DNA of 46,001 nt from an uncultured Rickettsiales bacterium. Lineage in GTDB: Bacteria > Pseudomonadota > Alphaproteobacteria > Rickettsiales > SXRF01. The stretch covers positions 1-46,001 of the forward strand of contig CAYPEF010000004.1 of NCBI GenBank assembly GCA_964409675.1, read 5' to 3'. Positions 7,092 through 16,540 of the stretch are shown piece by piece (positions within the stretch are counted from its first letter, which is position 1; every line of letters starts with the position of its first letter). A program made the translations under genes and the position numbers. A model generated the notes under the pieces. It made no database searches, was not told the DNA's origin, and saw nothing but the letters and a program-made list of their open reading frames with translations.

Positions 7092-7562
7092 ATGAAAATC
7101 GACATCGGAATCCCGGAAAAAAGCCGCCGGCAGATCGCGCAAGGGCTAAGCCGTGTGCTGGCGGACACTTATACGCTGTATCTCAAAACCCATAATTTCC
7201 ACTGGAACGTCACCGGACCGATGTTCCGCACGCTGCACCTGATGTTCGAGGAGCAGTATAACGAGCTGGCGCTGGCGGTGGATCTGATTGCCGAGCGCAT
7301 CCGCGCGCTGGGTTTTCCGGCCCCCGCAACCTATAGCGAATTTTCCAAGCTCAGCTCCATCTCCGAGCCGAAGGGCGTGCCGGCGGCGGCGGAGATGATC
7401 AGGCAGCTGGTGGAAGGCCAGGAAGCGGTGATCCGCACGGCCCGCGCCATGTTCGAGCTGGTGGACGAGGCGCATGACGAACCCACCGCCGACCTGCTTA
7501 CCCAGCGCATGCAGGTGCATGAGAAAACCGCCTGGATGCTGCGCTCGCTGCTGGAAGGCTAG
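7092..7562 (+). CDS. dps: Dps family DNA-protection/ferritin-like protein
   Basis: [27 protein letters not shown] and typical length. Confidence 0.9.
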   Translation: MKIDIGIPEKSRRQIAQGLSRVLADTYTLYLKTHNFHWNVTGPMFRTLHLMFEEQYNELALAVDLIAERIRALGFPAPATYSEFSKLSSISEPKGVPAAAEMIRQLVEGQEAVIRTARAMFELVDEAHDEPTADLLTQRMQVHEKTAWMLRSLLEG

Positions 7563-9148
7563 TGCGCTTCCAGATAGGCGGCTTTTAGCAGTTGCTGCGT
7601 GTATTCCTCGCGGGGCTGCGCAAATAGCGCCTCCGTTTCCGCCTGCTCCACGATCTGTCCTTTACGCATCACGATGATGCGGTGCGCCACCGCGCGCACT
7701 ACGCGCAAATCATGGCTGATAAAGGCGTAAGCCATGCCGGTATCGCGCTGGAAAGCTTTTAACAGCTCCACGATCTGCGCCTGGATGGTGAGGTCCAGCG
7801 CCGAGGTCGGCTCATCGAGAATCACAAAACGGGGCTTCAGCACCATGGCGCGGGCAATGCTGATGCGCTGACGCTGGCCACCGCTGAATTCATGCGGGTA
7901 GCGCTCGCGCATTTCGGGACTGAGCGACACCTGCGTCAGCACTTCGCTCACGCGCGCGATGCGCTCCGCTTCGCTTAAGCCCGGCTCATGCACGCGCAAC
8001 CCCTCCTCGATCAACGCCTGCACGCTCATGCGAGGATTGAGGCTGCTATAGGGGTCCTGGAACACCAGTTGCATGCGGTTGCGCAAAGGCCGTGCGTCCT
8101 TCAGTCCCATCCCGTCGATGGGCTGCCCGAGGAAGACGATGCGCCCCGTGGCCGGCAGCAGCCGCAACAGCGCCAGCGCCAGCGTGGTTTTGCCAGAGCC
8201 GGATTCACCGACGATGCCGAGCGTCTCGCCGGCGCGGATGCGCACATCCGCTTCCTTCACTGCCGCCACCTCGCCGATTTTGCGGCGCAGCACGCCGCGG
8301 CGGATCGGGAAGGATACCGAAAGCCGCTCGCATTCCATCACCGTCTCCGCCTGCGCCTGCACGGGGAGCGGTTTGCCTTTCGGCTCCGATGCGAGCAGCA
8401 TGCGGGTATAGTCATGTTGCGGTGCAGCAAAGACATCCGCCACCTTTCCCTGTTCCACGATTTCACCGTGGCGCATCACCGCCACGCGGTCAGCCATGCG
8501 GCGCACCAGTGTCAGATCATGGGTGATGAAGAGCATCGCCATTTTCCGCTCCTGTTGCAGCCGCTTCAGCAATGCGAGGATTTTTGCCTGAACAGTCACA
8601 TCCACTGCCGTGGTCGGCTCGTCGGCAATCAGCAGGGAGGGGTTATTGGCAATCGCCATGGCAATCAGCACGCGCTGGCGCTCGCCGCCGGAAAGCTGGT
8701 GCGGGAAGGCATCCAGCCGGTCGGTAAAATGCGCCAGCCCCACCTGCTCCAGCAGCTCGGCAACGCGCGCTTTAAGCGCAGCGCGCGAGATGTCGGGCGC
8801 GGCATGGATTTCCAGCGCTTCGCTAAGCTGGCGGCCCAGCGTGTGTAGCGGGTTGAGCGCCGTCATCGGCTCCTGGAACACCATGCCGATGCGATTGCCG
8901 CGCAGCTTTCGCAGCACCGCTTCCGGCGCACCCGCCAGCTCATTGCCTTCAAACCGGATACTGCCCTGCATCCGCGCCGACTCCGGCAGCAATTGCAGCA
9001 CGGAAAGCGCCGTTAGCGATTTCCCCGAGCCGGATTCCCCGACCAGCGCCAGCATCTCACCTTGCGCGATGGAAAGGGAAACATCCCTGACCGCAGGCAC
9101 CCCCTGCCCGAACCCGATAGTGATATGTTCCATGCGCAATAGCGTCAT
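7559..9148 (-). CDS. yejF: peptide/microcin-type ABC transporter, fused double ATPase (YejF-like)
   Basis: Two Walker A motifs ([16 protein letters not shown]) and two signature motifs ([16 protein letters not shown]). Confidence 0.85.
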   Translation of the reverse strand: MTLLRMEHITIGFGQGVPAVRDVSLSIAQGEMLALVGESGSGKSLTALSVLQLLPESARMQGSIRFEGNELAGAPEAVLRKLRGNRIGMVFQEPMTALNPLHTLGRQLSEALEIHAAPDISRAALKARVAELLEQVGLAHFTDRLDAFPHQLSGGERQRVLIAMAIANNPSLLIADEPTTAVDVTVQAKILALLKRLQQERKMAMLFITHDLTLVRRMADRVAVMRHGEIVEQGKVADVFAAPQHDYTRMLLASEPKGKPLPVQAQAETVMECERLSVSFPIRRGVLRRKIGEVAAVKEADVRIRAGETLGIVGESGSGKTTLALALLRLLPATGRIVFLGQPIDGMGLKDARPLRNRMQLVFQDPYSSLNPRMSVQALIEEGLRVHEPGLSEAERIARVSEVLTQVSLSPEMRERYPHEFSGGQRQRISIARAMVLKPRFVILDEPTSALDLTIQAQIVELLKAFQRDTGMAYAFISHDLRVVRAVAHRIIVMRKGQIVEQAETEALFAQPREEYTQQLLKAAYLEAH

Positions 9149-9167
9149 ATGGTGGTATACCCCTGTG

Positions 9168-9524
9168 TTACCAGAAAAAACATAATTTGATCGCCCCCAG
9201 CGTAATTACCGTCAGCGATATGCCGATAATCACTTCGGGAGGTGCGTACATTTTCACCGTTACCAGCATTGCCCCGATAATCAGCGTTATCCCTGCGGTG
9301 ATCACGTTGGACATACCCTTCATCGTAATCAGGCTCATCAGCAACAGGCCTATCGCAAGCACCATCAGCGCTTCGGGCGGAAGGTAGATTTTGGCAAAGT
9401 AAATGCCGTAGGCCAGCACCGGCACCACGATCATCAGCATCAGATCGACAATGCCGAACTGGTACAGAATAGCCATAACCACCAGTAAAAGCGCCAAGGT
9501 GATAATGCCGCCGGAGGAAAGCAT
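9168..9524 (-). CDS. small polytopic membrane protein embedded in the yej operon
   Basis: 118 aa, almost entirely hydrophobic. The ATG is preceded by GAGGG, which overlaps the yejE stop. Locally AT-richer. The competing 267-aa ORF (9145-9948) overlaps yejE out of frame and looks spurious. Confidence 0.6.
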   Translation of the reverse strand: MLSSGGIITLALLLVVMAILYQFGIVDLMLMIVVPVLAYGIYFAKIYLPPEALMVLAIGLLLMSLITMKGMSNVITAGITLIIGAMLVTVKMYAPPEVIIGISLTVITLGAIKLCFFW

Positions 9525-9530
9525 GTGCCC

Positions 9531-10556
9531 TCACGTCAGGCTCTTGCGCGGATCGAACGCATCGCGCGCGGCTTCGGAGATGAAAATAATCAGCACCAGC
9601 ATGCCCGCGATCACCGAGAAGCTTGCAATGCCAAGCCACGGCGCCTGCGGGTTGTTCTTGCCCTGCAATAAAAGCTCCCCCAGCGACGCCGAGCCGGGCG
9701 GCAGGCCGAAGCCGAGGAAATCCAGCGTGGTCAGCGCGGTGACGCCGCCAGAGAGCATAAACGGCAGCATGGTCATCGCCGCCACCAGTGCGTTCGGCAG
9801 CACATGGCGGAGCATAATGCGCATTTCCCCTACCCCAAGCGCGCGGGCGGCGCGGACATAATCGAAATTGCGCGCGCGCAGGAACTCGGCGCGCACCACG
9901 CTTGTCAGCGACATCCAGGTGAACAGCAGCAGAATCCCAAGCAGCCACCAGAAATCCGGCTTTACGAGACTCGCTAAAATGATCAGCAGAAACAATTCCG
10001 GCAGGCCGGACCAGATTTCAATAAATCGCTGCATCAGCAGATCCGTCCAGCCGCCCAGATACCCCTGCACCGCCCCGGCCAGAATGCCGATCACCGCGCT
10101 GATGGAGGTCAGCGCTAAAGCGAACAGCACCGAGATGCGGAAACCGTAGATCATGCGCGCCAGCACGTCGCGCCCCTGGTCGTCAGTGCCGAGCCAGTTC
10201 TCGCGCGTCGGGCGGGAGGGGTTGGCGGTCGGCGTATCGTAATTGATGGTGGAATAGCTGTAGGGAATCAGCGGCATCAGCATCCAGCCATGCTCATGGA
10301 TGCGCGCGCGGAAGATAGGATCGCGGAACTCGGCCTCCGTCTCGAAATCGCCGCCGAAATCCTTTTCGGTGTAGGTGTGCAGAATGGGGAAATACCAGTT
10401 CCCCTGATATTGCATCACCAGCGGCTTATCGTTGGCGATGAATTCGGCAAAAAGGCTGGCGATAAAGAGGAACAGGAATATCCATAGCGCATAAAACCCG
10501 CGCCTGTTGGCGCGGAACAGGGCAAGGCGGCGGCGGGCAAGCGGAGATAACCTCAT
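9531..10556 (-). CDS. yejE: ABC transporter permease (YejE-like, BPD_transp_1)
   Basis: Permease topology and a DppC/OppC-like N-terminal region. Sits in an operon with yejB and yejF. Confidence 0.85.
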   Translation of the reverse strand: MRLSPLARRRLALFRANRRGFYALWIFLFLFIASLFAEFIANDKPLVMQYQGNWYFPILHTYTEKDFGGDFETEAEFRDPIFRARIHEHGWMLMPLIPYSYSTINYDTPTANPSRPTRENWLGTDDQGRDVLARMIYGFRISVLFALALTSISAVIGILAGAVQGYLGGWTDLLMQRFIEIWSGLPELFLLIILASLVKPDFWWLLGILLLFTWMSLTSVVRAEFLRARNFDYVRAARALGVGEMRIMLRHVLPNALVAAMTMLPFMLSGGVTALTTLDFLGFGLPPGSASLGELLLQGKNNPQAPWLGIASFSVIAGMLVLIIFISEAARDAFDPRKSLT

Positions 10557-11023
10557 GCACTTCTTCCCCTCTCCCTTCCAGGGAGAGGGCCAGGGTGAGG
10601 GTCTCGCGCAGCGGACTCACATTTTAAATACTCCATAATCACCTGCAACACCCCGACCGGTTTTTCCATCATCTCATTATTCCAGAACCGCAGGATATGA
10701 AATCCCTGCTGTTTAAACCAATTATCTCGAATGCTATCATATTTTAATTGCAATAAATGCTGGCCTCCATCGAGTTCGATAATCAGTTTTTCCTGAACAC
10801 AGATAAAATCGACAATATAATTTCCCAGCGGATATTGCCTTCTGAATTTATATCCTTCAAATCGGCTGCTGCGCAAATAATACCAAAGCCGCTTTTCTGT
10901 TTCAGTCATATCGCGACGCAAACGGCGTGCTTTACCAACTAATTTAAGATTGCGCGGGTGGAGAGAACCCTCACCCCGACCCTCTCCCTGGAAGGGAGAG
11001 GGGGAGGCCGCGACATTAGTCAT
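10553..11023 (-). CDS. DUF559 (Vsr-like endonuclease fold) protein
   Basis: ARRLRRDMTETEKRLWYYLR...FRRQYPLGNYIVDFICVQEKLIIELDGGQH...ILRFWNNE is the DUF559 pattern. ATG 11023 is preceded by GAGGGA. Both protein termini are encoded by the flanking inverted repeats. Confidence 0.85.
   Translation of the reverse strand: MTNVAASPSPFQGEGRGEGSLHPRNLKLVGKARRLRRDMTETEKRLWYYLRSSRFEGYKFRRQYPLGNYIVDFICVQEKLIIELDGGQHLLQLKYDSIRDNWFKQQGFHILRFWNNEMMEKPVGVLQVIMEYLKCESAARDPHPGPLPGRERGRSA
10567..10605. repeat. left terminal inverted repeat of the DUF559 cassette (contains palindrome CCCTCTCCCT-tcc-AGGGAGAGGG)
   Basis: Its reverse complement matches 10963-11004 with a few mismatches and one indel. Confidence 0.8.
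10963..11004. repeat. right terminal inverted repeat of the DUF559 cassette
   Basis: GAGAACCCTCACCCCGACCCTCTCCCTGGAAGGGAGAGGGG versus the reverse complement of the left repeat, GAGACCCTCACCCTGGCCCTCTCCCTGGAAGGGAGAGGGG. Confidence 0.8.
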
Positions 11024-11915
11024 ATTTATATCCCTCAAACCATCCCAGCATCCGCTTCTGCACGTCGCCCCAATGGCGTGTCAGCGCATGGTTGCCGCCG
11101 GGGTAGATGACCAGCTCATGCGGATTGCCCGCCTCGCGCAGGCCTTCGGCTAGGCGCATAGAGTCGGATACATCCACCTTATCGTCCGCATCGCCGTGCA
11201 GCAGCAGCAGCGGCACAGTCAGCGCCTCCGGCCAGCATACCGCCGAGCGCGCGCGAAAGGCTTCTTCATACGCCCCGCCCTCCCCCGCGATCAACTGGCG
11301 GTACACGCCCGGTCCCATCTCCGGTCTGCGCTCCACGCTGTCGAACAAATCCGCCACCCCGGCAATAGAAACGGCGGCATTCAGCTGTGCACCCTCCCGA
11401 ATGGAACGATACGTCATCATCCCTCCGCGCGAATGGCCAACCATGAAGGCGTTTTTCCCGTCCCAACCCGAATGCAGGCGCGCGAGCTCCAGCAGGTTCA
11501 GCACATCATTCACGTCCGCGCCGCCGAATTCCTCCCGCCCCTCGCCCCCGGCATTGCCGCGGTAATTGGAGGCAAACACCAGGTAACCTGCCCGCGCCAG
11601 CGGCACCAGCATCTGCATTACCGTATAGAGCGTGAGCCTGCCATATTCCCGGTTTCCGCCGCGATTATAGATGACAATCGGGTACATTTTCCGGCCCACC
11701 TCCGCCGGCAGCGCCATCAGCCCGGTCACGCACAGGCCGTCGCTTGCGTAAGCCATCTCGCTTACTACCACATCCGGCGTTGCCTGATAGAGTGCCTGCA
11801 TGCGTGCATACGCCAGCTCCGGCACCGCGCCAGGCGGCAATGCGCCGGAAACATCCAAGGCAGCAAAGTCCTCTGGGATAAAAGATTTCTGCTCCAACAG
11901 GCGAAAACCGCTCAC
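11016..11915 (-). CDS. alpha/beta hydrolase (S9 peptidase / dienelactone hydrolase-like)
   Basis: Nucleophile elbow VGHSRGG, acid [11 protein letters not shown], His GGNHAL. Its start overlaps the yejB stop. Confidence 0.8.
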   Translation of the reverse strand: MSGFRLLEQKSFIPEDFAALDVSGALPPGAVPELAYARMQALYQATPDVVVSEMAYASDGLCVTGLMALPAEVGRKMYPIVIYNRGGNREYGRLTLYTVMQMLVPLARAGYLVFASNYRGNAGGEGREEFGGADVNDVLNLLELARLHSGWDGKNAFMVGHSRGGMMTYRSIREGAQLNAAVSIAGVADLFDSVERRPEMGPGVYRQLIAGEGGAYEEAFRARSAVCWPEALTVPLLLLHGDADDKVDVSDSMRLAEGLREAGNPHELVIYPGGNHALTRHWGDVQKRMLGWFEGYKYD

Positions 11916-13012
11916 GCCCCCCTCCGCTCGAAATCAATGCGCGGATCCACCAGCGAATAGGTGATATCCCCCAGCAGCCCCAGCAACAACCCAAGCAGGG
12001 TGAAAATATACAGCGTGCCGAACACCACCGGGTAGTCGCGCCCCACCACCGCCTCATACCCCAGCAGCCCCAGCCCATTGAGCGAGAAAATGATCTCGAT
12101 CAACAGTGCCGAGGTAAAGAAGATGCGCAGTAATGCCGAGGGAAATCCGGCGATCACGATCAGCATGGCGTTGCGAAACACATGCCCGTACAGCACGCGC
12201 CGTTCGCTTAAGCCCTTAGCCCGCGCGGTGGTGACGTAGAGCTTATGAATTTCATCCAGAAAGCAGTTCTTGGTCAGCATGGTGAGGCTCGCGAACCCGC
12301 CCACCACCATCGCAGTAACCGGTAAGGCGATATGCCAGAAATAATCGGTAATCTTGTGCGGCCAGTTGAAGCTCTCCCATTCATCCGAAGTGAGTCCTTT
12401 CAGCGGAAACCAGGTGAAATAATTCCCGCCCGCGAACAGCACAATCAGCAAAATGGCGAACAGGAAACTCGGAATCGCATAACCGATGATAATCAGCGTG
12501 CTGCTCCACACATCGAAGGGAGTGCCGTCCTTCACCGCCTTGCGAATGCCAAGCGGAATGGAGACGAGATAGATAATCAGCGTCGTCCATAAGCCCAGCG
12601 ACATGGTGACCGGCAGCGTCTGCCCGATCAGGCCGATCACGCTGGCATTGCGGTAGAAACTGTCGCCGAAATCGAAGCGCAGGTAATTGCCGATCATGCC
12701 GAAAAACCGCTCCATCGGCGGCTTGTCGAACCCGTACATTTTCTCGATGCGGGCCACCAGCTCCGGGTCCAGCCCGCGCGCGCCGCGGTAGATGCTCTCG
12801 GCAGTCGCCATTTGCGCCCCACCGCCTGCCGCAAAATCCGATCCCCCGCCGCCGATGCGGGCGGTGGAATCCATGTTGAGATGGGTAAGAGACGCCACCA
12901 TCTTCTCCACCGGCCCACCGGGTGCCGCCTGCACGATAAAAAAATTCAGCGCCATGATGCCAAACAGCGTCGGGATCATCAAAAGCAGGCGACGGATGAT
13001 ATAGGCGGTCAT
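11912..13012 (-). CDS. yejB: ABC transporter permease (YejB-like)
   Basis: [34 protein letters not shown] is the classic DppB/OppB/YejB N-terminus. Confidence 0.85.
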   Translation of the reverse strand: MTAYIIRRLLLMIPTLFGIMALNFFIVQAAPGGPVEKMVASLTHLNMDSTARIGGGGSDFAAGGGAQMATAESIYRGARGLDPELVARIEKMYGFDKPPMERFFGMIGNYLRFDFGDSFYRNASVIGLIGQTLPVTMSLGLWTTLIIYLVSIPLGIRKAVKDGTPFDVWSSTLIIIGYAIPSFLFAILLIVLFAGGNYFTWFPLKGLTSDEWESFNWPHKITDYFWHIALPVTAMVVGGFASLTMLTKNCFLDEIHKLYVTTARAKGLSERRVLYGHVFRNAMLIVIAGFPSALLRIFFTSALLIEIIFSLNGLGLLGYEAVVGRDYPVVFGTLYIFTLLGLLLGLLGDITYSLVDPRIDFERRGA

Positions 13013-13105
13013 ACAAAAACCCTGTGATACGAGAAGGTGAGACTATCCCGGTTTCAATAAAAATCAATCCCATGAAAGCATTCGGAATTAGCTTCTTTAT
13101 TTCTT

Positions 13106-13202
13106 CGTCATTCCCCGAATCGCGTAGCGATTATAGGGGAATCCATGCCACACCCTTCACTGGATTCCCCTATAATTTCACTTCGTGAAATTCGGGGAAT
13201 GA
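13106..13202. repeat. composite nested-palindrome intergenic element (GTCATTCCCCGAAT ... ATTCGGGGAATGAC)
   Basis: Outer inverted repeat 13106-13119/13189-13202. Inner inverted repeat TATAGGGGAATCCA/TGGATTCCCCTATA. Two further small palindromes. Confidence 0.8.
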
Positions 13203-13219
13203 CAAGTTAATCAAACCAC

Positions 13220-14638
13220 TTAGGCATCCCCCAGCGCGGCAAAGGCAATATTCACCCGTAACCCCGGCCCATTATCCTCCAGCTGGATATGCGCATTATG
13301 AATCCGCGCCACCGCCGCCACCAGGCTTAATCCCAGCCCATTACCCTTGGTATTGCGGCTGAATTCCATGCGGAAGAATTTCTCAAACACTTTCTCCCTA
13401 AATTCCAGCGGGATGCCGGGACCGGTATCGGTGATAATCACCCGCACTGTCTCCTCCTCGCGCTTCGCCAGCACGCGGATTTCGCCGCCTTCTGGTGTAA
13501 ATTTCACCGCATTGTCCAGAAGATTGGCGAAGGCTTGCGTAAGCAGATGCTTCTCGCCTTCGATGCGCAGCTCCTGCTGCACTTCGGTGACCAGCGCGAT
13601 ATGCTTCTCCGCCATCATCGGTTCATAAAATTCTACCAGATTGGCCAGCAGCGCCGTTAAATCGCATGGGGCGAAATCGCGGAAATCAGTATTGGCCTCC
13701 AGCTCGGAGATTTTCAAAATGGAATTAAAGGTGGCAATCAGCTCGCCCATCTCGCGCACGTTATTCTCCAGCAGCCTCCTCACCGCGCTGTTCTCGCGCA
13801 CGCCGCGCAAGCCCGCCTCGGTACGGCTCACAATGCGGTTTAAGGGGCTGCGCAGATCATGCGCGATATTATTGGCAAAATCCTTGAGCGATTTCAGCAG
13901 CGTCTCGATTTTATCAAGCATCTCGTTCAAATTGGCGGACAGCTCATCAAACTCATCGCCGCCGCGCGTATAGGGAATGCGCGCGCCCAGGTTGCCATGC
14001 ATGATGGTGTGCGCCGAGCGGTTGATGATGTTAATACGCCGAATCACGCTGCGCGTAATCACCACCGCGCCGCCAAATGCCATTAAAATGGTCACGATCA
14101 GGCTCGCCCAAAACGTCTGGATAATCGTTTGCTCGATTTTCTTCTGATCCTGCAGGCTCTGCCCCACCAACAGCGAGCGCCATTTGGAGAGCGGAATGGT
14201 GATCGCTTTCACCTCAATCGGCGCCGGGTTGCTGCGCGTGCCCTCGATGGAAAACCGCACCCATTCGCCGCCCTTGTCGATGCTGCCTTCCTTCACCGCA
14301 TATTGCGGCCAGGCCTCCAGGTTTCCCGCCAACCGCTCACTCTCGCGGTTGATGAGCAGATATATCTCCGAGCCTTCCGTATCGCTGGCAATCAGCCCCG
14401 CAATGCGCTGCTCCACCCCGGCGGAGCCATTTTCGCGGTATTCATTCAGCAGATGCTGGTACTGCACGCGGATGGATTCGGCAATCTGGCTCTCCATGTA
14501 CCTGCGCGCCGAGCTGTAGGTAAAGCCAAACAACAGCACCACCGAAAACGAAAACAGCGCCACATAAATCAGCGCCAGGCGGAAGGTGAAGGTGTGCAGG
14601 AGGCGGGACAGGCGGGAGAGCATGGAATATAATACCAT
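13220..14638 (-). CDS. sensor histidine kinase (2 TM, HAMP, HisKA, HATPase_c)
   Basis: H-box FANNIAHDLRSPL, N-box LLDNAVKFTPEGG, G1 DTGPGIP, G2 GNGLGLSLV. Confidence 0.9.
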   Translation of the reverse strand: MVLYSMLSRLSRLLHTFTFRLALIYVALFSFSVVLLFGFTYSSARRYMESQIAESIRVQYQHLLNEYRENGSAGVEQRIAGLIASDTEGSEIYLLINRESERLAGNLEAWPQYAVKEGSIDKGGEWVRFSIEGTRSNPAPIEVKAITIPLSKWRSLLVGQSLQDQKKIEQTIIQTFWASLIVTILMAFGGAVVITRSVIRRINIINRSAHTIMHGNLGARIPYTRGGDEFDELSANLNEMLDKIETLLKSLKDFANNIAHDLRSPLNRIVSRTEAGLRGVRENSAVRRLLENNVREMGELIATFNSILKISELEANTDFRDFAPCDLTALLANLVEFYEPMMAEKHIALVTEVQQELRIEGEKHLLTQAFANLLDNAVKFTPEGGEIRVLAKREEETVRVIITDTGPGIPLEFREKVFEKFFRMEFSRNTKGNGLGLSLVAAVARIHNAHIQLEDNGPGLRVNIAFAALGDA

Positions 14639-14697
14639 GCTTCATGAGCAAGTTGTCAAAGGAAAGCGAGTTGCTGCAGCATACTTAAGTTGATGCG

Positions 14698-15801
14698 CTA
14701 TGCCCGGGTTTTTCCCTGCTCACGCCCACGCATATGCTCCATTACGGTTGCGAATGTATGCGCTGCGCATTGAGCCGCCGCATAGGACAGCCCCCTGCCG
14801 ATACCGTCGCTGACGCAGGCAGCAATCGGCTTGCCTTTGCCTTTGCGTATATCAGGGATCACAATGATGCTTTGATTGTCTTGTGAGCATAACATGGCAG
14901 CATCCATCAACGCCTGCGCCGGATGGACACCCATCTGCTGGTGCTGAAGCGCCGCCTGCAAATGGTTAGCAATGCCATATGTCCTTAACCCTTCGATACC
15001 ATCCGACGCCAGCACCAGCGACACCGTAAGCCTCCCTTTATCCATATGATAATATTCCGCCATCCCATCAATCGCGGGCTGCAATTGAAAACATACGTCG
15101 GAATTCGTATTGGATTGCAACCTATATGCCGGAACGGAATTATCCACCGTATAGGCAATCCGCGAAGGGTGATTGATTTGCGTATATGAATGCACCCCCG
15201 TCACTTTCCCATCCGCATCCCGGCTCTGTCCGGCGGCATTGATGCGAATTGCCTCCGGCCTTTTCACACCGTCGCTCAGCACCAGATAGGCCGGACTGTC
15301 CCCAATGGTGCCAAGCTCGATGGAGAAGCTTTCGGGATCATATAAAAGCATTGTGCATGTGGCGCCGCCTCGCTTGATTGTATGAATGCGCGACAACGGT
15401 GTTTCATAGGCTCTTTTCAGCTCCTCCGGGGCGTCTGGGTGCACCGTGTGGTTTTCCCGCATAAACCCCAGCTCATTTAAGGTACGTCTTGCCTTATCTT
15501 GCGCATACCAGCCTGGCGTTTCCAGTTCCTTATACATATCAGATGCCTGCTCCATCATGGCATCAAACAGCTTATACATGGTTTTTTTATAATTCTGCGG
15601 AGAAATCCCTTCGGCGCTTGTCACGGCATAGCGGTCATGCTGGCGATCATAACGCTTGCCCGCTTCGTTAAAATCCTGCGCCATATAGACATCCTGCTCA
15701 CCAAAATGCAGGATATGCTTTGAGGGAGGCATTGGCGTTTCCAGCGATTGCATGAGGCCGGGAAGTGCATCCCGCAATGTCTGGTCCAGCGATAATGGCA
15801 C
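14698..15801 (-). CDS. divergent PP2C-like phosphatase-fold protein
   Basis: Colinear PP2C-like motifs: RQHDRYAV, TSAEGISPQ (in place of ADGMGGH), GGATCTMLL, IGDSPAYLV, LASDGIEGL, DNQSIIVI. No signal peptide seen. Confidence 0.5.
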   Translation of the reverse strand: MPLSLDQTLRDALPGLMQSLETPMPPSKHILHFGEQDVYMAQDFNEAGKRYDRQHDRYAVTSAEGISPQNYKKTMYKLFDAMMEQASDMYKELETPGWYAQDKARRTLNELGFMRENHTVHPDAPEELKRAYETPLSRIHTIKRGGATCTMLLYDPESFSIELGTIGDSPAYLVLSDGVKRPEAIRINAAGQSRDADGKVTGVHSYTQINHPSRIAYTVDNSVPAYRLQSNTNSDVCFQLQPAIDGMAEYYHMDKGRLTVSLVLASDGIEGLRTYGIANHLQAALQHQQMGVHPAQALMDAAMLCSQDNQSIIVIPDIRKGKGKPIAACVSDGIGRGLSYAAAQCAAHTFATVMEHMRGREQGKTRA

Positions 15802-15810
15802 GCTTGCTTC

Positions 15811-16482
15811 TTACGCCACCAGCCGGTAGCCCGCGCCGCGCAATGTCTGGATCAGCGTTTTTTCGAATCCCTTATCAATCTTCTGCCGAAGCCGTGAGAT
15901 ATGCACGTCGATCACGTTAGTCTGGGGGTCAAAATTATAGTCCCATACCTGCTCCAGCAGCATGGTGCGCGTCACCACCGTGCCGGCATGGCGCATCAAA
16001 TATTCCAGCAGCTGGAATTCGCGCGTCTGCAAATCGATCTCCTTGCCTGCCCTGCGCACGGTGCGCGAGAGCAAGTCCATTTCCAGTTCGCCGCAGGTAA
16101 GTTTCGTCACCGCTTTCTCGCCGTGCTTGCGCCGGGTGATGGTCTCCAGCCGCGCGAGCAATTCGGTGAAGGAATAGGGCTTCACCAGATAATCATCCGC
16201 CCCGCTTTTCAATCCCTTCACCCGCTCCTCCACCTTGTCGAGCGCGGTGAGGATCAGGATCGGCGTTTCATTGCCCGAGGCCCGTAGCGTATGCACGATG
16301 GTAAGCCCGTCCACCTCCGGCACCATGCGGTCCACGATCATCGCGTCGTACTGCTCGGAGGCGGCCATGAACAGCCCTTCCTTGCCGGATTCGCAATGAT
16401 CCACCACATAGCCCTGCTCGCGCAGGCCTTTCAGCAGGTACTGCACGGCTTCTTTATCGTCTTCGATAAGGAGGAGTTTCAT
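15811..16482 (-). CDS. OmpR-family response regulator
   Basis: Receiver motifs LLIEDD, IVDRMVPEVDG, LTALD, KP. Winged-helix region REFQLLEYLMRHAG...VIDVHISRLRQKI. Confidence 0.92.
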   Translation of the reverse strand: MKLLLIEDDKEAVQYLLKGLREQGYVVDHCESGKEGLFMAASEQYDAMIVDRMVPEVDGLTIVHTLRASGNETPILILTALDKVEERVKGLKSGADDYLVKPYSFTELLARLETITRRKHGEKAVTKLTCGELEMDLLSRTVRRAGKEIDLQTREFQLLEYLMRHAGTVVTRTMLLEQVWDYNFDPQTNVIDVHISRLRQKIDKGFEKTLIQTLRGAGYRLVA

Positions 16483-16540
16483 ATGCTGGCATCTGGTTAA
16501 TGTTAGCCAAACCTACGGCAGAAGCCGCACCGGGTCAAGC

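Noticed and set aside
7988-8848. 286-aa ORF antisense to yejF, and similar long antisense ORFs at 9145-9948, 11196-11960, 12381-13073, 24622-25338, 29175-29852, 35536-36210 and 40129-40755
   Set aside because: These are shadow ORFs typical of GC-rich DNA. The products are Arg/Gly/His/Gln-rich with no motifs, and each is fully overlapped by a gene with strong family signatures.
14698-15801. C-terminal VSDGIGRGLSYAAA as a circularly permuted PP2C metal-binding motif
   Set aside because: This is a single short match after the DNxS motif. The more parsimonious alignment puts SAEGISPQ at the canonical position, so I treat it as coincidence.
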